Assembly: GCA_963715195.1 (NCBI GenBank) | Contig: CAVQRT010000002.1 | Coordinates: 64,001 to 128,000, forward strand | From: Thermodesulfovibrionales bacterium | Lineage (GTDB): Bacteria > Nitrospirota > Thermodesulfovibrionia > Thermodesulfovibrionales > SM23-35 | DNA: 64,000 nt | Direction of reading: 5' to 3' | Part shown: positions 1 through 8,483 of the stretch, piece after piece | Layout of the letters: each line of letters starts with the position of its first letter | Numbering within the stretch: the first letter of the stretch is position 1 | Program-made: the position numbers and the translations under genes | The notes under the pieces: model-generated | The model's input: only the letters and a program-made list of their open reading frames with translations | Databases searched by the model: none | Told to the model about the DNA's origin: nothing

Positions 1-1171
1 CGACCCTCCTCAATTCATCACCCCTGAGACGGTAATCATGAAAGCTGATTTTCGCAAAGTCGAAACCGTCATACGTCCATTCTGTATCAGCAAGATACTG
101 GTCAAAAATTACCAATGCCGGTATCTGGAATTTTTCGGCGAGATCAAAAGCCTTGTTCGTCAGATAGTATGCCTGCTCGGGAGTACCCGGTGCAAAAACA
201 ACCCTCGGAAATTCTCCATGGGCAGCGTATATGGCAAACGAAAGATCCCCCTGTTCTGTCCTCGTGGGAAGACCCGTAGCGGGAGCCGGTCTCTGTCCAA
301 GGGCTATGACAACCGGTGTTTCAGTCATGCCAGCCAGAGAAAGGCCCTCTACCATGAGGGCAAACCCCCCGCCGGCGGTTCCTGTCATCGCTCTCACACC
401 CGCAAAGGATGCCCCAAGCGCCATATTGACAGCTGCGATTTCATCCTCTGCCTGTTCAACCACTATGCCGTATTCCTTTCCCTTTCCTGCAAGATAATTC
501 ATGATCCCGGTTGAAGGCGTCATAGGGTAGGCTGAGTAGAATTTGCACCCTGCTGCGATGGCGCCCAGTGCAATACCTTCGATTCCGGAAATCAGCATCC
601 TGGGGTTCCCGAACGATGAAGGGACGAATGAGCATTTCGGGCAGTTCCGAAGAGCAAAATCAAATCCGGACCTGGCAGCCTTGATATTTGCCTGTATAAT
701 ATCCTCCCCTTTTTTGCTGAAGGTATCACGTATGATTCCATCAAAAAGGTCAAGATTCATCCTGAGCATGCCGAGCACAGAACCAGTTGCCACGGTATTT
801 GTCATTATTTTGTTTCCGTGCTGCTGGGCGAGATGAACGAATGGGATATCAAGAAAATGGGGTTGCTCATGTTTTTGTTCCAGGGCGGAAGAGTCATAGA
901 TGATAAGTCCATTCTCGCGAAGCTCATTTTGATGCAGGGGAATGCTTTCTTTATCGAACGCAACCAGGATATCAACGTGCTCCCTTGATGCCGTGATTGG
1001 TTTTTCCGAGAATCTGATCTGGAAGAAATTGTGTCCACCCCTTATGCGGGATTCATAATCCTGGTGAGTGAAGACATGATACCCGGCGCGTGAAAAAACC
1101 TTCGCGAGTGTATCTCCGATGGTCTGGATGCCTTGCCCTGCCTCACCGCCTATTTTGATGGAATAGTCCAT
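1..1171 (-). CDS. 2-oxoacid:acceptor (ferredoxin) oxidoreductase subunit alpha, fused gamma-alpha type; 3' end runs off the window
   Basis: Not in the ORF track. My translation from ATG at 1171 gives MDYSIKIGGEAGQGIQTIG...ESRIRGGHNF...FYSAYPMTPST...EQAEDEIAA...TAGGGFALMVE...QRPAPATGLPTRTEQGDL, the KorA/PorA-type motifs. Confidence 0.93.
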   Translation of the reverse strand, partial: MDYSIKIGGEAGQGIQTIGDTLAKVFSRAGYHVFTHQDYESRIRGGHNFFQIRFSEKPITASREHVDILVAFDKESIPLHQNELRENGLIIYDSSALEQKHEQPHFLDIPFVHLAQQHGNKIMTNTVATGSVLGMLRMNLDLFDGIIRDTFSKKGEDIIQANIKAARSGFDFALRNCPKCSFVPSSFGNPRMLISGIEGIALGAIAAGCKFYSAYPMTPSTGIMNYLAGKGKEYGIVVEQAEDEIAAVNMALGASFAGVRAMTGTAGGGFALMVEGLSLAGMTETPVVIALGQRPAPATGLPTRTEQGDLSFAIYAAHGEFPRVVFAPGTPEQAYYLTNKAFDLAEKFQIPALVIFDQYLADTEWTYDGFDFAKISFHDYRLRGDELRRV

Positions 1172-1203
1172 TGAAAATCTCTAAATGTTTTTCATCGTCT
1201 CAG

Positions 1204-1671
1204 TTACATAAAACTCTTCTTTAGATTATTCAGCCAAATGATATGATTCTTTTCTTCCCTGATGATTGCATCAATAATCTTTTTCTCTAGTAATGCTTCA
1301 CGGAGTGTATAGTAGTAAAGGAGCGTCTCTCGCTCAAAGCACAGAGCAAAATCAATTGCTTCGGTTGCGGTTTTCACATGCTCAAGTGAGGGCAGACACT
1401 TGTCTTTCCCGAGAAAAAATTCCGAATCAACCAGCGCCCTGAGGTAAAGAGTTACCTCGCTCCACCCTTCCGGCTCTCCGTCATGTAATTGGCTCTCAAG
1501 CTTCAGGAAGCTTTCCCCGTGTCTAATCTCATGTGCGGCAAGCAGTTCGAAGAGTTTTTTTAATTCAGCCTTATCGTGGAATTTTTCCGCCATTCTGGTA
1601 TAGAACTCTTTCCCCAGTTTTTCTGTCTGAACCGCCTGTTCAACCACTTCTCTTACCGAAAACGTTATCAT
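1204..1671 (-). CDS. Ferritin-like (rubrerythrin family) di-iron protein
   Basis: AVQTEKLGKEFY...LAAHEIRH...FERETLLYY...EEKNH; probable start is MITFSVRE at 1671. Confidence 0.85.
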   Translation of the reverse strand: MITFSVREVVEQAVQTEKLGKEFYTRMAEKFHDKAELKKLFELLAAHEIRHGESFLKLESQLHDGEPEGWSEVTLYLRALVDSEFFLGKDKCLPSLEHVKTATEAIDFALCFERETLLYYYTLREALLEKKIIDAIIREEKNHIIWLNNLKKSFM

Positions 1672-1717
1672 GGCTTCTCCTTCATTTTTCCCGATGATTG
1701 GTTCTTCTCCATAAATT

Positions 1718-2083
1718 TTAGAGGATATCCCGGATATCGTCAATCGTTATGATATTACGCTCGACAAGATGCGTCAGGATGATAAATCCGCCGCAGGGAG
1801 GAGGTCTTTTTGTCCCTTGCCGATTGAGAGCTGGAGACTGTTTTGACAGGATGAAATCGCAGTCATTCTGATAAAAAGGGCACACCGTACACATATTCTG
1901 TATGAGCATCTCCTGCATACTATAGTCATATGCCCTGTCCGTCACGAAAAAATTGATGGCTTTTCCATTCTTCATCAATCTCTCAACAACCAGCAATCCC
2001 TGGCATTCAAGCTCTTCCTTCGTTGAAGGCTTGAAATAGGCACAGAAACTTCTGCACAGATTATCCCGCATTTGCTGATTCAA
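1718..2083 (-). CDS. Cys-rich hypothetical protein
   Basis: 121 aa, SD-like AAAGGA upstream, 7 Cys (CxxxC, CxxC, PPCGG). Confidence 0.7.
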   Translation of the reverse strand: MNQQMRDNLCRSFCAYFKPSTKEELECQGLLVVERLMKNGKAINFFVTDRAYDYSMQEMLIQNMCTVCPFYQNDCDFILSKQSPALNRQGTKRPPPCGGFIILTHLVERNIITIDDIRDIL

Positions 2084-2096
2084 AGGATGTTTCCTT

Positions 2097-2828
2097 TCAT
2101 AGGAGCGCTGTCAGGTTGCCCTTTCTGAGCTTCTCAAGAATCTCCTCCACAAGCATATGCATATCACCCATTTTGAACACAACATCCTCAGCCGGCAGAT
2201 AGACCATGTTTCTCAGTGATGTTTGAAGGGTGGTGAGAGACTGAATAACCCCGCCATACAATTCCTGTGCATCAGACCGTCTTTGCCGCAGGAGATTTTC
2301 TGCCTGCCTGCGCTCGATAATCTCACTTTCCAGTTCCGCAACAACCGCTTCGAGTTGCCTTGTCCGTTCCAGAACAAGGCCTTCCAGCCGTTCATTCCAC
2401 TGTTTGCTTTCTTCCTCGGTTTGTTTGCGCTTTGTGGTATCCCGAAATATGCCCATGAGACATCTCTCACCACCAATTGACAGGTGTGAACAACTGATAT
2501 CAACGTAAAGGATACCTCCCTGCTTGTTTTTCAACGGGATATCATGCACAATTGACACCTCGCCGCGGTTCATTCGTTCAAACTGATCAAGGACTTCAGC
2601 CAGGTGCTCCTGCGGATGAATATCGTAAACGGTCAAAGACGATAACTCTTCCTGACCGTATCCCAGCATGTCACAGATTGCCTGGTTTCCGGTAACGAGC
2701 ATCTTTTCTTCCGGGTCTGCCAGTAAAATTCCGTCAAAGGCACGATCAAAAATAGTCCTGAACCTCTCTTCACTTTCTTTCAGCGCATCCATGGTCTCAA
2801 TAAGGTTATGGTTGACTTGGTCACACAT
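2097..2828 (-). CDS. PAS-domain protein with a C-terminal coiled coil and no output domain
   Basis: ESEERFRTIFDRAFDGI...YDIHP...GIFRDTTKRKQTEE...LEGLVLERTRQLE. Confidence 0.8.
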   Translation of the reverse strand: MCDQVNHNLIETMDALKESEERFRTIFDRAFDGILLADPEEKMLVTGNQAICDMLGYGQEELSSLTVYDIHPQEHLAEVLDQFERMNRGEVSIVHDIPLKNKQGGILYVDISCSHLSIGGERCLMGIFRDTTKRKQTEEESKQWNERLEGLVLERTRQLEAVVAELESEIIERRQAENLLRQRRSDAQELYGGVIQSLTTLQTSLRNMVYLPAEDVVFKMGDMHMLVEEILEKLRKGNLTALL

Positions 2829-2926
2829 CGATTTTCTCTTCCCCGGTGGCAGTTCTGACAGTATATCACAAAAGGAATTTCTTCAACGTATGGTGCTGTT
2901 GATGTATTATTATTTACAATACGGAC

Positions 2927-4093
2927 ATGCACTATTTTCTCTCACCAGATGCAGTTATAAAATTACTGGAACGCCCTTCCGTCTATAAGATAAGAACGGA
3001 TGAACTGTATGAACTGGATGACGTTTCTTTTGAATTTCTCCGGCAGTGCGGGTCTGAAACTGGATGCGAAGGATCCGATAGAATTTTTCTCGATTATTGT
3101 CTGAAAGAGGGGATCCTATCCATGGAGAAAGTATCGTTGAGACGGCCCGCACTCATAAAGGCACCAGAACCTTCACTCAGGTACCTCGAACTGCAGATCA
3201 CGAAAAACTGCAATCTCAGTTGCAGGCACTGTTATATCGGCAATCAGGGAAAAGATCAAGCAAAACTCGGAGAAAACAACGAGCTTTCCTTTGAACAGAT
3301 AAAGGCTGTATTCCATGAATTTGAAGAGATGCAGGGTCTCAGGGTTCTTATCAGCGGCGGAGAGCCTCTTACGCACAGCCAATTCAACAGGATCAATGCA
3401 ATACTCCCCAATTTTTTTTTCCGGAATATATTATTAACGAACGGCCTGCTGCTCACCCCAAGAATTTTGTCTGAGCTGAATGCCCACGAGATTCAGATCA
3501 GCATTGACGGACTTGAACATGCTCACGACTCCCTGAGAGGCAACGGAACATTCAGGTCGGCCATCGGAGCGGCCAGAAGGGCGCTTGATGCAGGGTTTCC
3601 GGTTTCGGTATCAACCATGGTTCATAGAAAAAATCTCAAAGATTTTGACGGCATGGAGAAGCTTTTCAAGGGACTCGGGATTAAAGACTGGACAGTCGAT
3701 GTGCCCTGCATAACCGGTAGGCTCAAAGAAAATCCCGAATTTCATATAAGGCCGGAGGTCGGCGGAAAATATCTCAGATACGGGTACGGTGAAGGGCTCC
3801 ATGCAGGGGCACCAGGATATGCATGCGGCACGCACCTCATGGCGGTCGCGGCAGACGGGAAAACTGCGAAGTGCTCGTTCTATGCGGACAGCCCGGTTGG
3901 AAGCATTGAGGAAGGGCTCAGAGCGAACTGGCAGAGGATAAAGCCTGTCAGACTCGAATCATTAAACTGTGATTGTCATTTTCTGAGTGAATGCAGGGGT
4001 GGCTGCAGATACAGGGCACTGCTTTCGGGGAATGAACTCGGTAAAGACTTTTACAGATGCCATTCATATGATATACTGCATTCAGATGAATGA
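2927..4093 (+). CDS. Radical SAM/SPASM protein with an ~80-aa N-terminal extension (possible RiPP recognition element)
   Basis: CNLSCRHC motif, ISGGEP, ISIDG; C-terminal CG...C...CDCx5CRGGC...C. Confidence 0.9.
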   Translation: MHYFLSPDAVIKLLERPSVYKIRTDELYELDDVSFEFLRQCGSETGCEGSDRIFLDYCLKEGILSMEKVSLRRPALIKAPEPSLRYLELQITKNCNLSCRHCYIGNQGKDQAKLGENNELSFEQIKAVFHEFEEMQGLRVLISGGEPLTHSQFNRINAILPNFFFRNILLTNGLLLTPRILSELNAHEIQISIDGLEHAHDSLRGNGTFRSAIGAARRALDAGFPVSVSTMVHRKNLKDFDGMEKLFKGLGIKDWTVDVPCITGRLKENPEFHIRPEVGGKYLRYGYGEGLHAGAPGYACGTHLMAVAADGKTAKCSFYADSPVGSIEEGLRANWQRIKPVRLESLNCDCHFLSECRGGCRYRALLSGNELGKDFYRCHSYDILHSDE

Positions 4094-4142
4094 AATGTCC
4101 GGATATGAAGTCCGGGTTCCTCTATGAAAGGGGGTGTCTCAC

Positions 4143-4205
4143 GTGACAATCAGGAAGATTTCTAAAAAGGCTTCTTTAACCTGTAAGTGCAAAAGTTCTT
4201 GTTAA
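4143..4205 (+). CDS. 20-aa Cys-rich peptide MTIRKISKKASLTCKCKSSC, candidate radical SAM substrate
   Basis: GTG start preceded by a strong SD (GAAAGGGGGTG, 4126-4136), 49 nt after the rSAM stop, followed by a terminator. Confidence 0.7.
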   Translation: MTIRKISKKASLTCKCKSSC

Positions 4206-4240
4206 CAAAATGTGATTAGCTGAAAGACATGGCTACTACA

Positions 4241-4280
4241 AAAAAGAAAAGGCTGGTTTGTGCACCAGCCTTTTCTTTTT
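4241..4280. terminator. Bidirectional intrinsic terminator
   Basis: Perfect 17-bp inverted repeat AAAAAGAAAAGGCTGGT / ACCAGCCTTTTCTTTTT between convergent genes. Confidence 0.85.
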
Positions 4281-4288
4281 AACCTTCC

Positions 4289-4474
4289 TTATTCCATAGT
4301 GATGGCTTGAGTCGGGCAGGTATCAGCGGCTTCCTGGCAGTTGCAGGTGTTGCATTTGTCAGGACCTATGACTTGTGCCTTTCCATCGTCACCAACTTTG
4401 AATACCTCGGGGCACATTTCTTCACATGTACCGCATCCCTCACACGCATCTTCGTTTACTACCGGTTTTGACAT
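4289..4474 (-). CDS. Small ferredoxin
   Basis: CEGCGTCEEMCP...CNTCNC...CPTQAI. Confidence 0.92.
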   Translation of the reverse strand: MSKPVVNEDACEGCGTCEEMCPEVFKVGDDGKAQVIGPDKCNTCNCQEAADTCPTQAITME

Positions 4475-4648
4475 ATTTTTTCCTCCTTTTGCATTAATGT
4501 TTAAATTTCTCTTCTTGAGACCCCAAAAAGAGATAGGGAATAATTAATTTTTCTATTGTACCATTATTTCCCCTGCTCCTGCCTACTGTCTTGCTGTTTT
4601 ATTTTCTCTCTTTCCTGTCTGCTACCGACTACCTAAATATCTACTCCC

Positions 4649-5149
4649 TTACGCCCATGGAGTACCGCCGTCAACTATGCTGTGCTCTTCCCACATAAAC
4701 CAGTTGCCCGTATCCTTCATAAAATTATAGGTATTTGCAAAGATATCATAGTGCTGCTGCTCTTCCTGAATTAGTCTTTCAAAGAGCTGCTTCTCTTTCT
4801 GATTCCCCGCCTCCGTTTCAACCTGTCTGTAGAATGATATACCCTCCTGTTCCATCTGCATGGCTATCTGGAATGCTTCGAGCTCATCCTGCGTTGCAGC
4901 TACACGATGCATCATCGCATTCTTCATGGATTCGAAGATCGTCTGTACCTTTCTCATTGGGCTGACATCTTCCATCGTTATATCAACCTCTTTAAATATC
5001 TGGGAAAGCATCTTGAGATGCCTCTTTTCATCCTCCGTTACCGACTGAAACATTTTTTTCCCGGCAGGATGGCTTGTCTTCTCCGCAGCCTTCGAATAAA
5101 AATCTATTGCATCCTTCTCCATTTTTATTGCGATTTCTATAGCATTCAT
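4649..5149 (-). CDS. Ferritin-like (rubrerythrin family) protein
   Basis: AIKMEKDAIDFY...DEKRH...MEQEGISFY...EEQQH. Confidence 0.88.
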   Translation of the reverse strand: MNAIEIAIKMEKDAIDFYSKAAEKTSHPAGKKMFQSVTEDEKRHLKMLSQIFKEVDITMEDVSPMRKVQTIFESMKNAMMHRVAATQDELEAFQIAMQMEQEGISFYRQVETEAGNQKEKQLFERLIQEEQQHYDIFANTYNFMKDTGNWFMWEEHSIVDGGTPWA

Positions 5150-5246
5150 GGCGACCTCCTCGCTTCATCATTCAGCGTCTATTCAGTTTAATCCTTTTGT
5201 ACGATGATAATCAATTCGTTATTGCAATCGTTTATTATAAGAAACA

Positions 5247-6254
5247 ATGACACGTCCGCCTTTTCTACAGTGGTATCCAACGCTGCGGTGCAACCAGCAA
5301 TGCAGCTTCTGCTTCAATCAGAACATAACAACTGGATACGCAAACCGGGATATGTGCGAGAATGAAGCATACTCACTTGCGGAAACCCTCTTGCGCGAGG
5401 GCATCATGGAACTGGACATCCTTGGCGGGGAGCCGATGCTTATCCCCTACATGAAACATTTTCTCACCTATGCTACCAACGCCGGCCTGACGGTCAACAT
5501 CAGTACAAACGGCAGTCTTCCCGGAATGGTCCATGCGCTGGCGAAGATACCCACCCGTCTGTTAACCATAGGGTTCTCTCTCCATGGCTTTTCAGACACC
5601 CACAATGCAATCACCAGGTCTGATAATTTCAAGTCAGTCCTTGAAGGGATCAGAAGATCACTTGGGGAAGGAAAACATACAATCGTAAAGAGCGTTCTGA
5701 AAACTGCAAACAGACGGGAAATTCGAGGCCTCATCCACTATCTTAGGGAACGCGGTGTAAAAACATACTTTCTGCTGCATGAGGATATTCTCGGAAGGAA
5801 AAATCAAACAGAAAGTCTATCATTTCCCGATTTCATGACATATTTCTCTGCTCTCAGATCTGAATTGCATGATGTCATCGATATCGGATTCGTTGCAGCA
5901 TCCGGTTTTTTTAAATATGGGATGCTTGTTCACGGCCGTTGCGATGCCGGGACTGGAAAGCTTGCTGTACTTCCCGACGGTTCCACATTCCCCTGCAACC
6001 TGCTCTTTGGATTCAGGGAATTTTGCCTCGGCAATATCCTGAGGGACAACATCGAAACCATCCTGAAACATCCTGTACTTCAGAAATTCAGGACATTGCC
6101 CGGTAATATATGCAAATCCAGCAACTGTATCTATTCCGCAAACTGCAGTGGAGGATGTCCTGCTCACAGTTACGCTTTTTATCGTGATATTGGAATCAGG
6201 GACCCCCGCTGCCGCAATGATAAAAGAGACCCCAAAAAAAATGGTAATATATGA
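5247..6254 (+). CDS. Radical SAM/SPASM protein
   Basis: CNQQCSFC, LGGEP; SPASM CDAG...PDGSTFPC...Cx4Cx5CSGGC...DPRC. Confidence 0.9.
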   Translation: MTRPPFLQWYPTLRCNQQCSFCFNQNITTGYANRDMCENEAYSLAETLLREGIMELDILGGEPMLIPYMKHFLTYATNAGLTVNISTNGSLPGMVHALAKIPTRLLTIGFSLHGFSDTHNAITRSDNFKSVLEGIRRSLGEGKHTIVKSVLKTANRREIRGLIHYLRERGVKTYFLLHEDILGRKNQTESLSFPDFMTYFSALRSELHDVIDIGFVAASGFFKYGMLVHGRCDAGTGKLAVLPDGSTFPCNLLFGFREFCLGNILRDNIETILKHPVLQKFRTLPGNICKSSNCIYSANCSGGCPAHSYAFYRDIGIRDPRCRNDKRDPKKNGNI

Positions 6255-6331
6255 GAAAATTGAAGTGCGGTTTGTTACCGTGATCAATTCTTCGTGTAAC
6301 AAAGTTCATACTAAACCACAAAGGAGGTTTC

Positions 6332-7549
6332 ATGAAACCCACTGAAATAAAACCTGATATTTACTGGATTGGTGCGATCGATTGGGCGGTCAGAGATTTT
6401 CACGGTTATGTTACGCCAAATGGAACAACATACAATAATTATATTGTTCTCGACGAGCAGATAACCCTTTTTGACACGGTAAAACATGACTTTTCAGATG
6501 TGACCATACGAAATATCAAGAGCCTTATTGATCCATCAAAAATCAAAAACATCGTAATCAACCACATCGAGAACGACCATGTAAGCAGCATCGGGGATAT
6601 TATGCATCTTGCACCGGATGCAACAATTTATATTTCTGAAAGAGGGAAAAAGGGACTCGACAGGTTTTTCGATACATCGGCATGGGACATGAAGATTGTT
6701 AAGACCGGTGACACATTAAATATCGGCAAAAGAACGCTCCTTTTCCTTGAAACCCCGATGCTGCACTGGCCTGATTCCATGATGACCTATATCAAAGAAA
6801 ATAAGCTTCTGATCAGCCAGGATGCATTTGGACAGCATTATGCCTCTGCAGCGCGGTTTGACGATGAGTTCATAACCTGCTTTTCTCTGTCAGAATTAGA
6901 AGACGCCATCAAAGATTATTATGCCAATATCCTCATGCCGTTCGGTACCCTCATAAAAACCAAAATTGCAGAAATTCAGAAGTTGGGTCTTGAAATCGAC
7001 ATGATAGCCCCTGATCACGGGATTATATGGAGGAAGGACCCGTCCAAGATCATCAACATGTATCTTGATATGGCTGACGGGAAGGCAGACCTCAGAGTTG
7101 TTATCATTTATGACACCATGTGGCACAGTACAGAACATATGACTCTTCCCCTTATGCAGGGTATCAAAGATGAAGGGGTTGATGTCAAAATCGTAAAACT
7201 CAGAGCAAATCCAATCAGCCTGGCTGTAAAAGAGTTCTGGAAAGCGCGGGGATGCCTCCTCGGGTCGCCGACGCTGAATAATTCGATGTTCCCGACCATA
7301 GCTGAATTCCTGACATATCTGAAGGGTCTCAGGCCGAAAAATCGTCTGGTAGGTGCCTTCGGCAGCTATGGATGGATGGGTGGCGCGGTAAGGGATATCT
7401 GCGAAGAATTCAGAAAAATGGGGCTTGAGATGATCGAGGACGGGGTTCAGGTTGTGTACAAACCGTCTGCCGAGGACGAGAAACGGTGTTATGAGTTCGG
7501 GAGAGAATTCGCGAATAGGATCAAAGAATATCACAAGACCTACCAATAA
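6332..7549 (+). CDS. fprA: Flavodiiron protein (A-type flavoprotein, O2/NO reductase)
   Basis: GTTYNNY, NHIENDH, HWPDSM, SQDAFGQH, APDHG plus a flavodoxin domain (GSPTLN, AFGSYGW). Confidence 0.95.
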   Translation: MKPTEIKPDIYWIGAIDWAVRDFHGYVTPNGTTYNNYIVLDEQITLFDTVKHDFSDVTIRNIKSLIDPSKIKNIVINHIENDHVSSIGDIMHLAPDATIYISERGKKGLDRFFDTSAWDMKIVKTGDTLNIGKRTLLFLETPMLHWPDSMMTYIKENKLLISQDAFGQHYASAARFDDEFITCFSLSELEDAIKDYYANILMPFGTLIKTKIAEIQKLGLEIDMIAPDHGIIWRKDPSKIINMYLDMADGKADLRVVIIYDTMWHSTEHMTLPLMQGIKDEGVDVKIVKLRANPISLAVKEFWKARGCLLGSPTLNNSMFPTIAEFLTYLKGLRPKNRLVGAFGSYGWMGGAVRDICEEFRKMGLEMIEDGVQVVYKPSAEDEKRCYEFGREFANRIKEYHKTYQ

Positions 7550-7565
7550 GAAAGGAGACTCATAA

Positions 7566-7886
7566 ATGCCTAAATTTCCAGAACAATATCAAAGAATCAG
7601 AAAAAGGTTCAAGAAATTTTTTTCCGCGGTCGATAATCTCGGGAAGGCAACACGGTCTGCTGGGCCAATTAATACAAAAACTTCTCATTTGATACAGCTC
7701 GCCGCTGCTGCTGCTATCAGATCAGAGGGATCAGTTCATTCTCATACAAGAAGGGCACTGGACGAAGGAGCAAAACCGGACGAAATATATCATGCCTTAA
7801 TCCTGCTCACAAGCATCATCGGATTTCCCACCGTATCTGCAGCATTAAGCTGGGCTGATGATGTTATTCAAAAGCGTAAGGGATAG
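7566..7886 (+). CDS. Carboxymuconolactone decarboxylase (CMD/AhpD-like) family protein
   Basis: LIQLAAAAAIRSEGSVHSHTRRAL...EIYHALILLTSIIGFP. Confidence 0.85.
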   Translation: MPKFPEQYQRIRKRFKKFFSAVDNLGKATRSAGPINTKTSHLIQLAAAAAIRSEGSVHSHTRRALDEGAKPDEIYHALILLTSIIGFPTVSAALSWADDVIQKRKG

Positions 7887-7925
7887 GAATAAACCTTAAA
7901 GAAGAATTACCACTAAGGAGGCACA

Positions 7926-8420
7926 ATGTCTAAGACAGAAAAAAATCTTCAGGATGCATTTGCCGGCGAATCACAGGCGAACAGAAAATATCTTGCTTTT
8001 GCAAAAAAAGCCGATGCCGAAGGGTATAAACAGGTTGCCAAGCTCTTTAGAGCTACTGCAGAGGCCGAAACGGTTCATGCATTGAATCATCTGAGAGAAC
8101 TCGGAGGAGTGAAAACCACAAAGGAAAACCTCGAGGCTGCCGTCGGCGGGGAGACGTATGAAGTGGAGAATATGTATCCTCCGATGATTCAGGATGCCCT
8201 GACAGAGGAGAAAAAAGGTGCGCAGAACAGCTTCATGTTTGCATATGAAGTGGAAAAAATTCACGCAGCACTCTATACAAAAGCACTGGAAGCGCTCGGT
8301 AAAAACAAAGAGGTTGATTATTATGTCTGCCAGGTATGCGGCAACACCGTAGAAGGGGAGCCGCCAGACCAGTGCCCGATATGCAAAGCGATGAAAAAGA
8401 TGTTCAAGAAGATGGAGTAA
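7926..8420 (+). CDS. rbr: Rubrerythrin
   Basis: AFAGESQANRKY, AETVHA, EKIH, C-terminal CQVCG...CPIC. Confidence 0.93.
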   Translation: MSKTEKNLQDAFAGESQANRKYLAFAKKADAEGYKQVAKLFRATAEAETVHALNHLRELGGVKTTKENLEAAVGGETYEVENMYPPMIQDALTEEKKGAQNSFMFAYEVEKIHAALYTKALEALGKNKEVDYYVCQVCGNTVEGEPPDQCPICKAMKKMFKKME

Positions 8421-8483
8421 GAGATTCATATATATTCTCTATTTCATTTCTGTTCCTGTAGAATAGCTGGAAAGGGGTTTTCT

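Noticed and set aside
38..1038. Short ORFs in the track (38-514, 231-497, 543-836, 805-1038)
   Set aside because: They are antisense or off-frame shadows of the oxidoreductase alpha gene, which the track missed because it runs off the window.
4124..4165. Alternative mini-ORF MKGGVSRDNQEDF overlapping the peptide SD
   Set aside because: It has no SD of its own; its KGG codons are the SD of the Cys-rich ORF in another frame.
5203..5228. Possible Fur/PerR box (GATAATCAATTCGTTATTG) between the ferritin-like and rSAM genes
   Set aside because: Only the first half resembles the consensus, which is too weak without comparative data.
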